Position numbers and translations under genes: made by a program | Sequence record: PP886230.1 | DNA: 64,000 nucleotides | Direction: 5' to 3' (one strand) | The notes under the pieces: model-generated | The model's input: the letters and a program-made list of their open reading frames with translations, nothing else | Told to the model about the DNA's origin: nothing | The model's database searches: none | Shown here: positions 53,352 through 62,595 of the stretch, piece by piece | Position numbering within the stretch: position 1 is the first letter of the stretch | Layout: each line of letters begins with the position of its first letter

Positions 53352-54317
53352 GTGAAAAAGCTTGATTTAAATACAATTGCCGAAGAAGTTCTGGATGAAT
53401 GTTTTGCTAATGAAGAAGTCAACACACTAGAAGCCTTAGATTTCGTTGAAGATAAAGATGATAATGAAGGTAAAGTACAAAGCAGTTTCAAATATAATAT
53501 TACACTTAAGCGACCACCAAATGTTTCCAATGAAGATCTAATTCGTGATATTCAAGCTGGTATCAATGTAAAGAAAAACACTGAACTGTTAGTTCGTTAC
53601 AATTATGGACTGATTATTGATGTAGCAAGTAAATGTACTTGTTATATCCCATTTGAAGATAAGATTTCATATGGTGTTGAGGGGTTCATGAGAGCACTAA
53701 AAACCTTTGATCTTAATAAGAATGTTAAGTTCATTACCTATGCTTCTTCTAGTATTTACATGACAGTCTATAACGAAAGTTCTGACGCTAACTATATGGT
53801 ACACTTCCCACGTTATATGAGTGTTCATAAGATCAAAGTAAAAAGATTCTGCCAGGAATATATGCGTAAACATGGTGTTCGCCCAACACCTGAAATAATC
53901 TCAGAGGGTACTGGGATTGAGATTCAGCATGTTAATAATTGTTTGTTATTTCAAAGCGAATACACTTCGCTGGATGCACCATTAGACGGTGTTACAGATG
54001 GTACATTAGGTGACATTATTCATTCACCTGCTTCTGATTTTAACCTCAATGTTGATAGTATCCGTGCACCTTTGCGTTATGCTATCAATGAACTGACCAA
54101 CGAATTGAGTACTAAAGAACGTGAGATTATCCAGCGTGTTCATGGTCTAGGTGAATATGAACCTGAAACGCTTCGTGAGATTGCTGATAATGGTTTTGTT
54201 GATGATAATGGAAAATATGTTAAATCCCGTTCATCAATACATCGAAAGTACAGTGAAGCTATGCAAAAGCTTAAGAAGTTAGTACTTGCAAAAGGGTACG
54301 AATACGAAGATTTCTAA
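53352..54317 (+). CDS. RNA polymerase sigma70-family factor (RpoD/RpoS/RpoH-like, regions 2-4)
   Basis: LLVRYNYGLI, EDKISYGVEGFMRALKTFD...KFITYA, SLDAPL, LSTKEREII, TLREIA, SRSSIHR; AGGAG RBS, GTG start. Confidence 0.9.
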   Translation: MKKLDLNTIAEEVLDECFANEEVNTLEALDFVEDKDDNEGKVQSSFKYNITLKRPPNVSNEDLIRDIQAGINVKKNTELLVRYNYGLIIDVASKCTCYIPFEDKISYGVEGFMRALKTFDLNKNVKFITYASSSIYMTVYNESSDANYMVHFPRYMSVHKIKVKRFCQEYMRKHGVRPTPEIISEGTGIEIQHVNNCLLFQSEYTSLDAPLDGVTDGTLGDIIHSPASDFNLNVDSIRAPLRYAINELTNELSTKEREIIQRVHGLGEYEPETLREIADNGFVDDNGKYVKSRSSIHRKYSEAMQKLKKLVLAKGYEYEDF

Positions 54318-54322
54318 AGAAC

Positions 54323-54350
54323 AAGGGTTGGCTTATGCCAACCTTTTTTT
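54323..54350 (+). terminator. Intrinsic terminator
   Basis: AAGGGTTGGC-ttat-GCCAACCTT-TTTTT. Confidence 0.8.
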
Positions 54351-54383
54351 ATGGGATGAAGTAAAAGTTTGTGATATAATTAT

Positions 54384-54835
54384 CTTGTACAATTCTGTTG
54401 GCATGATATTCATGTACCTGATCCACTCGAAAACGTAGAGGGCAGTTGAGCAGTCCGACAGTGCGAACAGCAAAAGAAACCCGTTAGATGTGGGCATAGT
54501 TTGAACCCCTCACGGCAATGCGGCTGTATAAAGAACCACGTTAGGATAGCTGGTGGTTCCTTGATAGACATATAAGGATAACACCTTACGAATTATCTAA
54601 GGGAGAGTTATCGAATTTTGTACAGGAAAGTTGCGTCCAAAATTTGAGTACTCACATTAAGTATTTGATTGCATAGATACTTAATGAAGATACACTATGT
54701 TTAAAAGTGTAGACCGTCATATGAAACTGAAGTAGAGAGAAACAGGATGACCCGCTTTCGCACTCTTTATGAGTAATCTTCAATGCAATAGCTCTGATAC
54801 CATCAGCGTCAAATTTCCCTCCTTGTGGGGGGAAG
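54384..54835 (+). ncRNA. Candidate structured ncRNA, about 450 nt, family unknown
   Basis: Extended -10 TGaTATAAT at 54372-54380, no + strand ORF, at least 7 stems incl. long-range 54384-95/54613-26. Confidence 0.65.
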
Positions 54836-54874
54836 AAAAATCCCTTCCTCAAATCCCGTCAATATTAAAAGTCC

Positions 54875-54903
54875 TTGACAGTTATTAATCATTCGCGTAG
54901 AAT
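54875..54903 (+). promoter_or_regulatory. sigma70 promoter
   Basis: TTGACA-17 bp-TAGAAT. Confidence 0.75.
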
Positions 54904-54967
54904 ACGTAGTATTAGAAGCGAACAGACATCTCGAAGAGATGGATGATTAACCATTAAGGAATATCAA

Positions 54968-55177
54968 ATGAATTCAGTAATCTTTTTAGTAGTCGCTTTC
55001 TCTGTTAATTCCGGTGTACAAATAACCCCAATGAATTCCATGAATCAATGCATAGCAGTACGTGATAGTACATACGAACAAGTAAACAAAGATATTTGGA
55101 TTACAGTTAGTAAAGAACAAATGTGGTGTTACAATAGTAATACTAACACAAAGCTTATTGTAGGACAAACTCAATGA
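54968..55177 (+). CDS. Small secreted/membrane hypothetical protein
   Basis: Hydrophobic N-terminus, two Cys; TAAGGA RBS. Confidence 0.7.
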   Translation: MNSVIFLVVAFSVNSGVQITPMNSMNQCIAVRDSTYEQVNKDIWITVSKEQMWCYNSNTNTKLIVGQTQ

Positions 55178-55404
55178 GTTATGGCGTTCGTTTTGAGATT
55201 CGTTCTATTGTCATCAATGCAGAGAAACAAGTATCGTTGGATGGTGATATACGTGAAATTTATCTATCATGTATCCGTGCGAAATCTGAAGCAGATGCCT
55301 TAGTACAAATGTATAGTTTTAACTTTTCAAATGGATTCTATTTGGTACGAGTTATTGAAGTGAAAAAAGTACTTATTGGTTGTAGCATAGAAGGATTAAT
55401 GTAA
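55174..55404 (+). CDS. Small hypothetical protein
   Basis: ATGA coupling. Confidence 0.65.
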   Translation: MSYGVRFEIRSIVINAEKQVSLDGDIREIYLSCIRAKSEADALVQMYSFNFSNGFYLVRVIEVKKVLIGCSIEGLM

Positions 55405-55405
55405 A

Positions 55406-56194
55406 ATGAGCACTATAGATGAACTGATTCGACGGAATTCAAAATATTACCAACCATCAGAAATTGTAGGTAACATTACCAAATCAGAGTTTGGTCCAAA
55501 TACTCGAAAACTCATTCATGTAATGTCACGTGATGGCTTTAAATGTGATTGTTGCGGTGAATCTAATGTAGTATTCACTTTACACAAGCACAGTACTAAA
55601 GATCGTTATAAATTCAGACCTTATGTACTTAAAGGGAAACGCCTTGTACGCATGACGTTAGACCATAATGTACTGGACTGTCTTCAGGGCGGTAATGATA
55701 AAGAGAACATGACTGCACTGTGTGAAGATTGTAACGCATTACGCCAGCATAAGTTTGCTGAATACAGTGAGTTTAAACACTGGTATCATAACGCGGATCG
55801 TTCAATCGAGCCTGACGTTAACTACTGCTTCATTGAGTACATTAAGAATGCCAAAGATACATACATTCTTAAATCAATGTCACCTATTACCGTGTTTCCT
55901 GAGAACCTATTCACTACATTAAAGAATAGTTTTATTGTGGGTGATATTGATGCATTCAAGTATTTTGACAAAGGTGCAAAACATTTTGAAATTCAATGTC
56001 TTAGTACTGCACTATGTGAACTCATTAAAATTTACATAAAAGAGTATTTGGGTATTGACAATGTACGTGTACCAGAGTATACTTTTTCTATTGAATTCGA
56101 TTGTGAATCAATCAAAGAGTTTGGAATTCTTTTCAATAAACAAATAGAACTTGCAATTCAAAACGAAATCAAGTACTATACTACTAACATTTAA
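55406..56194 (+). CDS. HNH endonuclease with C-terminal extension
   Basis: RDGFKCDCCG...TLDH...GGNDKENMTALCEDCN. Confidence 0.8.
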   Translation: MSTIDELIRRNSKYYQPSEIVGNITKSEFGPNTRKLIHVMSRDGFKCDCCGESNVVFTLHKHSTKDRYKFRPYVLKGKRLVRMTLDHNVLDCLQGGNDKENMTALCEDCNALRQHKFAEYSEFKHWYHNADRSIEPDVNYCFIEYIKNAKDTYILKSMSPITVFPENLFTTLKNSFIVGDIDAFKYFDKGAKHFEIQCLSTALCELIKIYIKEYLGIDNVRVPEYTFSIEFDCESIKEFGILFNKQIELAIQNEIKYYTTNI

Positions 56195-56209
56195 TCAGAG
56201 GAAATTATC

Positions 56210-56392
56210 ATGCAAATTATCATTCTTATCGTTGGCATCATGCTGGGTGTTTACGGTCACTCCTGGATGAACGAGAAGTTTCCTAATACGCGTCCTGAGT
56301 ATTGCAGTACTAATGTATTCCAGAATGGTGAGAAACCAAAGGAAAGCATTGGTAAAAAGCTGGATAAAGTACTTGATGTGATCAATGAATAA
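56210..56392 (+). CDS. Small membrane-anchored protein
   Basis: GAGGA RBS; N-terminal TM. Confidence 0.65.
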   Translation: MQIIILIVGIMLGVYGHSWMNEKFPNTRPEYCSTNVFQNGEKPKESIGKKLDKVLDVINE

Positions 56393-56603
56393 GGGCCATA
56401 AAATGTTTAAACCGAATTCCAATGTTGGTAAGAAAGTTCAATTACTTGAAGATGTATCCACCATGAGTGGAATTTTCCCAAGAGGTCACATCATGACTAT
56501 TATTGCCGAAACATCCCGTGGGTGGGATTTGGAAGATGCTGATGGTAATCGCATCCTTGAGGCTGGATTCTATGGTCATCGTGAATATAAAATCGTTGAT
56601 TAA
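56385..56603 (+). CDS. Small hypothetical protein
   Basis: Open frame in tiling. Confidence 0.65.
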   Translation: MNKGHKMFKPNSNVGKKVQLLEDVSTMSGIFPRGHIMTIIAETSRGWDLEDADGNRILEAGFYGHREYKIVD

Positions 56604-56700
56604 GGATACAACATGACTTTAGAGATTGTCTTTGGTATTGTTAGCTTAGTCGTCTGTGTGGGTTGGTTTGGGTATCTGATGATTTTTGGTGATTAATACT

Positions 56701-56728
56701 TGACATAAGATATCAGTACTGTATAATG
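56701..56728 (+). promoter_or_regulatory. sigma70 promoter with AGTACT in spacer
   Basis: TTGACA-taagatatcAGTACTg-TATAAT (16 bp). Confidence 0.75.
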
Positions 56729-56772
56729 TTTATATCAAACGAAATCCACTTTAACAAATGATAGGAAATATT

Positions 56773-57051
56773 ATGTCTTTTTCTAAAGAAGAACGTGACC
56801 TTATTAAAAAAGCAATTTGGTTTTATGCTAATGAAGGGAAGTGCGATGAAGAAAAAGCACGTGAACTGTGTAATATTCTTGAGAAGAAACAAGAACTGAA
56901 AGTGTATCGTATCCGTGATTTGGATGAAGGAGATCGTATTGTCCTAGCTGAAACAAAAGAAGAAGCAGAACAAATCTTCACTGATAAAAACGAAAATCCA
57001 CATTGGATGGAAGAAGTCTGTGATGTTAAAAAAGGTACTTATATCGATTGA
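56773..57051 (+). CDS. Hypothetical protein
   Basis: AGGA RBS. Confidence 0.7.
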   Translation: MSFSKEERDLIKKAIWFYANEGKCDEEKARELCNILEKKQELKVYRIRDLDEGDRIVLAETKEEAEQIFTDKNENPHWMEEVCDVKKGTYID

Positions 57052-57170
57052 CAGTACTGAATAATAGCAGTATTATGTTTTATATAAAAGGGAATGCAGT
57101 GAAAGGAAAGACAGCATAATCGTACTCGTCACTGCGTTCCCGCCCTTTTAAATTAAATGAGGAATTAACT

Positions 57171-57479
57171 ATGTTTCAAACTAACACTCAAGGTTTTGTA
57201 ATCATCGATTTGAATCAAAACAGCGGTCATTGGATGAAACCTACTGACGCATGTATGCAGTTTGATTTCTTAGGTTACAAAATTAGTGTAAGTACTGGTG
57301 CTTCTGTACTGAGAGGTGGTTGTATCGTTGAACATCTGGTAACTGATCCAGAAGGTCGTGAGTATGAAATCGCAGGTTCAGTACAAGATGCCATTATGTT
57401 TGTATGTCAGCGTGAAATGAATGGTTCGAATTCAAATGCACTGACTCATGCTCTTTCTCAAGAAGTGGAGGTTCGTTAA
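57171..57479 (+). CDS. Hypothetical protein
   Basis: GAGGA RBS. Confidence 0.7.
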   Translation: MFQTNTQGFVIIDLNQNSGHWMKPTDACMQFDFLGYKISVSTGASVLRGGCIVEHLVTDPEGREYEIAGSVQDAIMFVCQREMNGSNSNALTHALSQEVEVR

Positions 57480-57724
57480 TGAAATACATTGTAGCAGTAC
57501 TCGTCGCATTTCTACTCACTGCATGTGATGCTTCTACCAAAGAACGTACAAGTGATTTTGTTCTACCTGCTGAATTAAAAGAAGCAGGGTGTAAGATTTA
57601 TCGTATGCAACAAGATGGTGCTGGTGCGACTTTATACACTGTGTACTGTCCTAATGCAAATACAAGTACTGGATACACTAGCGGTAAAACACGAATCAAC
57701 ACTTCCGTAATTCATGGAGAATAA
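57479..57724 (+). CDS. Lipoprotein
   Basis: Signal peptide with lipobox LTAC. Confidence 0.75.
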   Translation: MKYIVAVLVAFLLTACDASTKERTSDFVLPAELKEAGCKIYRMQQDGAGATLYTVYCPNANTSTGYTSGKTRINTSVIHGE

Positions 57725-57726
57725 CA

Positions 57727-58095
57727 ATGAGCCTTGATACAACACGTGCAGCAGATTTATTAACTCGTCTGAATGATGAAGAATATCTTGCTGAGATAAA
57801 GTACAAGCTTGACAAACTTGTTCGAAGTGCTGAAGTAATTGAAGTTGAAGGTCACTTACCGATGGATCAATACCATAGGTTCAAGGAAGATATGGTTTAT
57901 TATCCTAATGAAATTTGGATTGAGTGGCAACATTGGACTAACAAAACTCTTCGCATTGAAGGGTATTGTGTGAAGTATGAAAGTTCACCTGGTGATGTTA
58001 CAAAAACTCTATCAATTTGGTGTACAAAAACAAATGAACTCGTTGAGGTGAATTTGAATTATATGAATGGATTCCGTTGGGGTGATGTTAAATGA
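57727..58095 (+). CDS. Hypothetical protein
   Basis: GGAG RBS. Confidence 0.7.
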   Translation: MSLDTTRAADLLTRLNDEEYLAEIKYKLDKLVRSAEVIEVEGHLPMDQYHRFKEDMVYYPNEIWIEWQHWTNKTLRIEGYCVKYESSPGDVTKTLSIWCTKTNELVEVNLNYMNGFRWGDVK

Positions 58096-58367
58096 TTAAA
58101 AAACTCTTGACTGGAATCATTGTGTGCAGTACAATGTTTCTTACAGCATGTAATGATGACGGCAGGTTTAGTGCAAAAGACTTAGTTCGTCAGGATTGTA
58201 CATTCACAGGTAAGTCTTTTATTAACGAGTATGAAATATGTACACAATCAGGTCGTATCTGTGGTGGTTGGGAAAAACGACAGGAGCGATTGTATGTATA
58301 TGAATGCCCTGGACATCACAACAAAGTACTAAGCACACACAAACTTGTTTATGATAAGGTTGAATAA
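58092..58367 (+). CDS. Lipoprotein, Cys-rich
   Basis: Signal peptide with lipobox LTAC; four further Cys. Confidence 0.75.
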   Translation: MIKKLLTGIIVCSTMFLTACNDDGRFSAKDLVRQDCTFTGKSFINEYEICTQSGRICGGWEKRQERLYVYECPGHHNKVLSTHKLVYDKVE

Positions 58368-58582
58368 TGACTACCAATGAAATGATGCAGGTTATTTGGG
58401 ATAAAGGTTGTGATATTAAAATCACTAGTACTGATGTTCGTGTATTCAAAACTGAATATATGGAGTACTTGGACCTTGATACTTATAATAATATTGTATC
58501 AATTGAACACAAAGGTGCAGTACTGGAAACCATTGACGTAGTACTCAAGAAAGCTACCGACCTATTAGGAGTGGCAGTGTGA
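58367..58582 (+). CDS. Small hypothetical protein
   Basis: TAATG coupling. Confidence 0.65.
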   Translation: MTTNEMMQVIWDKGCDIKITSTDVRVFKTEYMEYLDLDTYNNIVSIEHKGAVLETIDVVLKKATDLLGVAV

Positions 58583-58735
58583 ATAACAAAGAGTGGGAAG
58601 ATTACCGCAAGAAGTGCAGGGAGTTTGATAAAGAACTTACTGGTACAGTGAATGCAGTAATGTGGGTATCTGTAATTATTGCAGTTCTTGCGTTGGGTGC
58701 TATTATTATTAATAAATTATTCTAAGGCGAATATC

Positions 58736-58936
58736 ATGTTTACTTTATATCTCGCAGTAGTTCTCACCAATGGTGAAATCACTCGTACTATTGGTGAAGG
58801 TGTATATAAAACACCAGACCAGTGCTACTCTGCCACTCATTGGCCTCGCGATAGTGGGGATGAAACTCGCACTGAATTCAAATGCATGAAAGTAAAAGGT
58901 GATTTTGTTAACCTTAAGGTTATCGAGGCGAAATAA
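58736..58936 (+). CDS. Small secreted/membrane hypothetical protein
   Basis: Hydrophobic N-terminus, two Cys; layout like 54968-55177. Confidence 0.65.
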   Translation: MFTLYLAVVLTNGEITRTIGEGVYKTPDQCYSATHWPRDSGDETRTEFKCMKVKGDFVNLKVIEAK

Positions 58937-59454
58937 TGGATATTAATGAGTTGTTGAAATTAGTGTTTAATCGTGAACGCCGCGATACAAGACCAATTGA
59001 ATATCAAGATGTGATACGCATTGAAACTGATTTCTGTTATGGTAAAACAACTCATGACCTTTTGAATCTCTCTGGAAAACGCTATGCTGATGTTTGTTTT
59101 TCAGAGAGAAGTGATGGTTCAGAAATAACGAGTACTGATATTGTTTGTTACGCACGCAGTGCTGATAAATCTTATGAAATAGAACTTATATATTCCCCTA
59201 GTTCTAAAACAAATCATCACCGCCATATTTTATATGATGTTTATACACCACCTGGTATTGCTGAATATTTTGTTATTGATTATAGTACTGAAGAAAATGT
59301 GTTTCAACAAAGTTTGATTCATAACTTTGAGGTGAATGATCCATTAGTACCAAAGTTGTTCAAACTACTTGACACCATAGATGTTGATTTTGAATTTGTT
59401 ATGTGCATTAGAACTTCTTTATTCAATGAATTCATGGAACTTTTTAATATATGA
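58936..59454 (+). CDS. EExxFQxS-family protein
   Basis: STEENVFQQSLIHNF. Confidence 0.75.
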   Translation: MDINELLKLVFNRERRDTRPIEYQDVIRIETDFCYGKTTHDLLNLSGKRYADVCFSERSDGSEITSTDIVCYARSADKSYEIELIYSPSSKTNHHRHILYDVYTPPGIAEYFVIDYSTEENVFQQSLIHNFEVNDPLVPKLFKLLDTIDVDFEFVMCIRTSLFNEFMELFNI

Positions 59455-59672
59455 ATAGATACTATGTTGTGTATGAACACGTCTCTGAATTTAATAACAT
59501 ACGCGGGTTTTCCAGAGTAGTCACCAAGATGGATGTATTCATTCGTGCTCTTAGTGAAGTAGATGCACTGTTTAAATTGTTTGATGAAATTACAAAGTAT
59601 AACACACCTAAAACACACCGCTATGTGGAAACTGTACATAGCATTATGCTAACTGAAAGTGATGAGGAATGA
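59451..59672 (+). CDS. Small hypothetical protein
   Basis: ATGA coupling. Confidence 0.65.
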   Translation: MNRYYVVYEHVSEFNNIRGFSRVVTKMDVFIRALSEVDALFKLFDEITKYNTPKTHRYVETVHSIMLTESDEE

Positions 59673-59675
59673 TAA

Positions 59676-59894
59676 ATGAATTTATATCTAGTTGAAGGTT
59701 TAGTACAAGTCTATAAACCAGAAGGTGAAGGTCAACGTTTTTCACACGTAGAAGAATTTAAGTACGTTGTACAGGCTGATGGTCAGTACGATGCGGAAAT
59801 TCAAGTAGATGAATCATTCCGTAAGAAAAATGAAATTGGTAAATTTCAATACCAGAACTTACAATATAAAGTATGGCCTAGTATAAATGACTAA
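59676..59894 (+). CDS. Small hypothetical protein
   Basis: GAGGA RBS. Confidence 0.65.
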   Translation: MNLYLVEGLVQVYKPEGEGQRFSHVEEFKYVVQADGQYDAEIQVDESFRKKNEIGKFQYQNLQYKVWPSIND

Positions 59895-60102
59895 GATGTG
59901 GTGGTGTCATGGTGTATATAACGTGTATGTAAATGGTAGATATAAAATGTCTAGTACCTATGCAAGACGTGTTAATGCGAACAACCAAGTTGATGCTGCT
60001 TGTGAGATCATTGAGTGGTATGCTGAGTTCAATGCACCTGACTATATGTACGAAATAGTTACAATAAATGTTGTACAAATCGATACATCTTTGATACAAT
60101 AA
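59887..60102 (+). CDS. Small hypothetical protein
   Basis: Overlap coupling. Confidence 0.6.
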   Translation: MTKMWWCHGVYNVYVNGRYKMSSTYARRVNANNQVDAACEIIEWYAEFNAPDYMYEIVTINVVQIDTSLIQ

Positions 60103-60134
60103 CCACATCAAAAAAATTGCATCTGAGGATACTT

Positions 60135-60797
60135 ATGTTAGTTAATCTTAATTTCATCACTTCACCTGACTGGGCATTACGTGGAGTTTCTTTAAACTTC
60201 AAGGAAACTATGTTTGACTACATTGGTGAGTGTACATTGGTAAATGCAACTTTTGATCCAAATCATCCGTTTTGGGCTGAAATTCATGATCCAAATGTAA
60301 ACAACAATACATCTGTTATGACTATTGTCCAGACTAAACATGCAGGTATCCTTGCAGGTTATCGACCTGCACATGCAATTGAACACTTCACTGATTACGA
60401 TGTCGTGGATGAATACCCAATGATCCATGAAGATGGAAGTCTATACACATCTGAAGACTTCCGTGCTATCTTTAATAGTACTGATGATATTCTACCAAGT
60501 GGACGTCCACGTCCTGAGTCTTATCTTATGCATCCATCTTATGGTGTAGCAGATACGCTTGAACAGATTATGAATAAGTACAAGAACCTAATTGAAGGTC
60601 CAGAAGAAATTGTCCTGTGCTATCACCCAGTACTGAAGTCTGAACAACCAAAGGATGGTGGATGGCGTTGGCATAAGAATGGTGAGTATATCGGTACTAA
60701 ACGAAGTAAAGAACGTTTTGAGTACTTGTATGATGAGCCAGATGTTGATGTGGTTTTGTGTTATAATTTTATTAAGGTGAAAAAGAAATGTATCTAG
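60135..60797 (+). CDS. Conserved phage hypothetical protein
   Basis: GAGGA RBS; C-terminal GGWRWHKNGEYIG motif recalled from other phage ORFs. Confidence 0.75.
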   Translation: MLVNLNFITSPDWALRGVSLNFKETMFDYIGECTLVNATFDPNHPFWAEIHDPNVNNNTSVMTIVQTKHAGILAGYRPAHAIEHFTDYDVVDEYPMIHEDGSLYTSEDFRAIFNSTDDILPSGRPRPESYLMHPSYGVADTLEQIMNKYKNLIEGPEEIVLCYHPVLKSEQPKDGGWRWHKNGEYIGTKRSKERFEYLYDEPDVDVVLCYNFIKVKKKCI

Positions 60798-61030
60798 TAC
60801 TAAGTTTTGTTGTTGCACTATTGTTTATGTTCTATCCTACACTAGTGGCATTAGCCACTAGGCGAACGATGGTAGATCTCACTACTGTATTCTTGCTAAA
60901 CGTGGCATTAGTACTGGTGTCTATTATCATTCCAGTGAGCTTTACAGTTATTGATATTATTTCGGTATTACTCTTCGTGTTAAGTTATCTTATGCTTATT
61001 GAAGAAACAAATGTTGACAAACGTTCGTAG
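60788..61030 (+). CDS. Imm-like superinfection-immunity membrane protein
   Basis: FYPTLVALATRR...VFLLN resembles the T4 Imm family start; lacks the LGWT motif. Confidence 0.5.
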   Translation: MYLVLSFVVALLFMFYPTLVALATRRTMVDLTTVFLLNVALVLVSIIIPVSFTVIDIISVLLFVLSYLMLIEETNVDKRS

Positions 61031-61042
61031 TACTGTATAATG
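61015..61042 (+). promoter_or_regulatory. sigma70 promoter with AGTACT in spacer
   Basis: TTGACA-aacgttcgtAGTACTg-TATAAT (16 bp). Confidence 0.75.
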
Positions 61043-61088
61043 GTTCCTGTAGTCTGAAACTTAACACTTAAACTTGAGGTAAAAAAAT

Positions 61089-61415
61089 ATGCTATCAGTA
61101 CTAATTTCAATTCCGTCTTTAATTCTGATTTGGCTTCTGGTTTACGAATGCTTTATTACTGATGATAATGATAAAAAAGAGTTCTCTGAGTTGTTTATGC
61201 TTGATTCACCGATTGTGCGTATTTTCTATACAGTCGTTGTGGTTTCAGTAATTGTATGGATTTTGAGTTTTATCTTCCCACTCGGTGCAGTAGTTAAAAC
61301 TTTGGATTTAGTTGAGAACTTTGTTGCAATTATGTGGCTAATCAAAGCACTATTTGCAGGAAATGTTAAAATTTGGATTGATATTATCAAATTCAAGTTC
61401 ACGAATAAGATGTAA
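61089..61415 (+). CDS. 3-TM membrane protein
   Basis: GAGGT RBS; three hydrophobic helices. Confidence 0.7.
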   Translation: MLSVLISIPSLILIWLLVYECFITDDNDKKEFSELFMLDSPIVRIFYTVVVVSVIVWILSFIFPLGAVVKTLDLVENFVAIMWLIKALFAGNVKIWIDIIKFKFTNKM

Positions 61416-61439
61416 CAGTGAAAATATCTCTATAGTATT

Positions 61440-61476
61440 AAATACTTCTGTACATATATATAGTACAGAAGTATTT
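61440..61476. repeat. Perfect 14-bp inverted repeat
   Basis: AAATACTTCTGTAC-atatatata-GTACAGAAGTATTT. Confidence 0.8.
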
Positions 61477-61493
61477 CTCGTTAGAGGTTTGTT

Positions 61494-61853
61494 ATGAAGA
61501 GTTATATAAAATTAATAGCACTTGTGTGTGCATTATTTTCATGTTTTAGTTATGGTGCAGCAGCAGAAACATATTGTCGTAGTACTAAGGGAACGTGGCA
61601 TGTATTGACTAACGACCCTAGAAATGGTAAAAATATAGTTGTTGATGGTGTGATTTATCGTTTTAAAGTAGAAAGTATTATCGGTAATAAAAAAATCTCG
61701 ACTTATAGAGATGATTCTGGTACATTAGCAAACGTAATATTAATTGTAGACCCAAGAACTGGTAATGGTGATATCTATATAGTAATTTACTTGGACTCAT
61801 CGGTACGCCGTGACCTAGATATAGATAAATTGAACTTACACTGTGAAATATAG
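61494..61853 (+). CDS. Secreted/periplasmic beta protein
   Basis: Signal peptide; Cys near each end; paralogue-like to 62245-62595. Confidence 0.7.
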   Translation: MKSYIKLIALVCALFSCFSYGAAAETYCRSTKGTWHVLTNDPRNGKNIVVDGVIYRFKVESIIGNKKISTYRDDSGTLANVILIVDPRTGNGDIYIVIYLDSSVRRDLDIDKLNLHCEI

Positions 61854-61864
61854 GACTTAAAAAA

Positions 61865-62242
61865 ATGGTAAACACTATTTTACTTTTGTTGTTGAATATT
61901 CCAATTATTCTGTCTTTTTTAATTTCTATTTTTATGGCAGGATATTGTTTAGTTGCAGTAATTCATTTCATTTTAACAAACAAATATGTCCTAATTTCTA
62001 AGCTTGATTCTATTTTTGCTTGCGATTCGATTGCTTATAACTTGTGGTTAATTTGTTCTTGCATTATGGGAGTAACTTTCCTTCTGTATGTATTTGATGT
62101 CCTTGACCAAAAGTTCGTATACATCAGTACTGGATTGGCTCTTTATCCTGCTACGTGGTACTTGATTTACGTTGGTGATATATGGTATAGTACTTATAAA
62201 GAATATCAGTACAAGAAATCACTTAACGTTGGAGGAAAATAA
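61865..62242 (+). CDS. 3-TM membrane protein
   Basis: Hydrophobic helices. Confidence 0.7.
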   Translation: MVNTILLLLLNIPIILSFLISIFMAGYCLVAVIHFILTNKYVLISKLDSIFACDSIAYNLWLICSCIMGVTFLLYVFDVLDQKFVYISTGLALYPATWYLIYVGDIWYSTYKEYQYKKSLNVGGK

Positions 62243-62244
62243 TC

Positions 62245-62595
62245 ATGAAAATTATTTTATTTTTTGTATGTATGTTAATGTGTGGATTGTCATATGCTGA
62301 ACCATTGGAAGGTTTAGTTTGTACAGATGGTAATATTAAACATATCTATCAAGGTGATAGTGACGATCGAGATATTGTATATATTGATGGACAATCATAT
62401 ACGTTTGTTAAAGAGCATACAGTAGGCGACATTAGCTTCACTGAGTTTTCTAACGACACAGACCCTAACTTCTTAGCGTTTATTGAAGTAGATGTATATG
62501 AAGATAGTAATGGCACACAATATGCTAAATTAGTTATGATGCGTCGTGGTGCTAAAGAAACTAGTTTTGGTGGCTTGTGTAAATATAAGGATTGA
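62245..62595 (+). CDS. Secreted/periplasmic beta protein
   Basis: Signal peptide ending SYA; Cys near each end; IDGQSYTF versus VDGVIYRF. Confidence 0.7.
   Translation: MKIILFFVCMLMCGLSYAEPLEGLVCTDGNIKHIYQGDSDDRDIVYIDGQSYTFVKEHTVGDISFTEFSNDTDPNFLAFIEVDVYEDSNGTQYAKLVMMRRGAKETSFGGLCKYKD

Noticed and set aside
54652-54852. 66-aa - strand ORF
   Set aside because: No convincing RBS, against the strand bias, and overlaps a stem-rich region.
55406-56194. HNH gene as part of an intron or IS element
   Set aside because: No interrupted host gene, terminal repeats or intron core nearby; treated as free-standing.
55174-60102. Shared V/I-x-A-x-x-x-x-D/E-A motif in several tiny ORFs (55174, 56773, 59676, 59887)
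   Set aside because: Too short and low in information; common in phage micro-proteins, so family status cannot be supported by eye.
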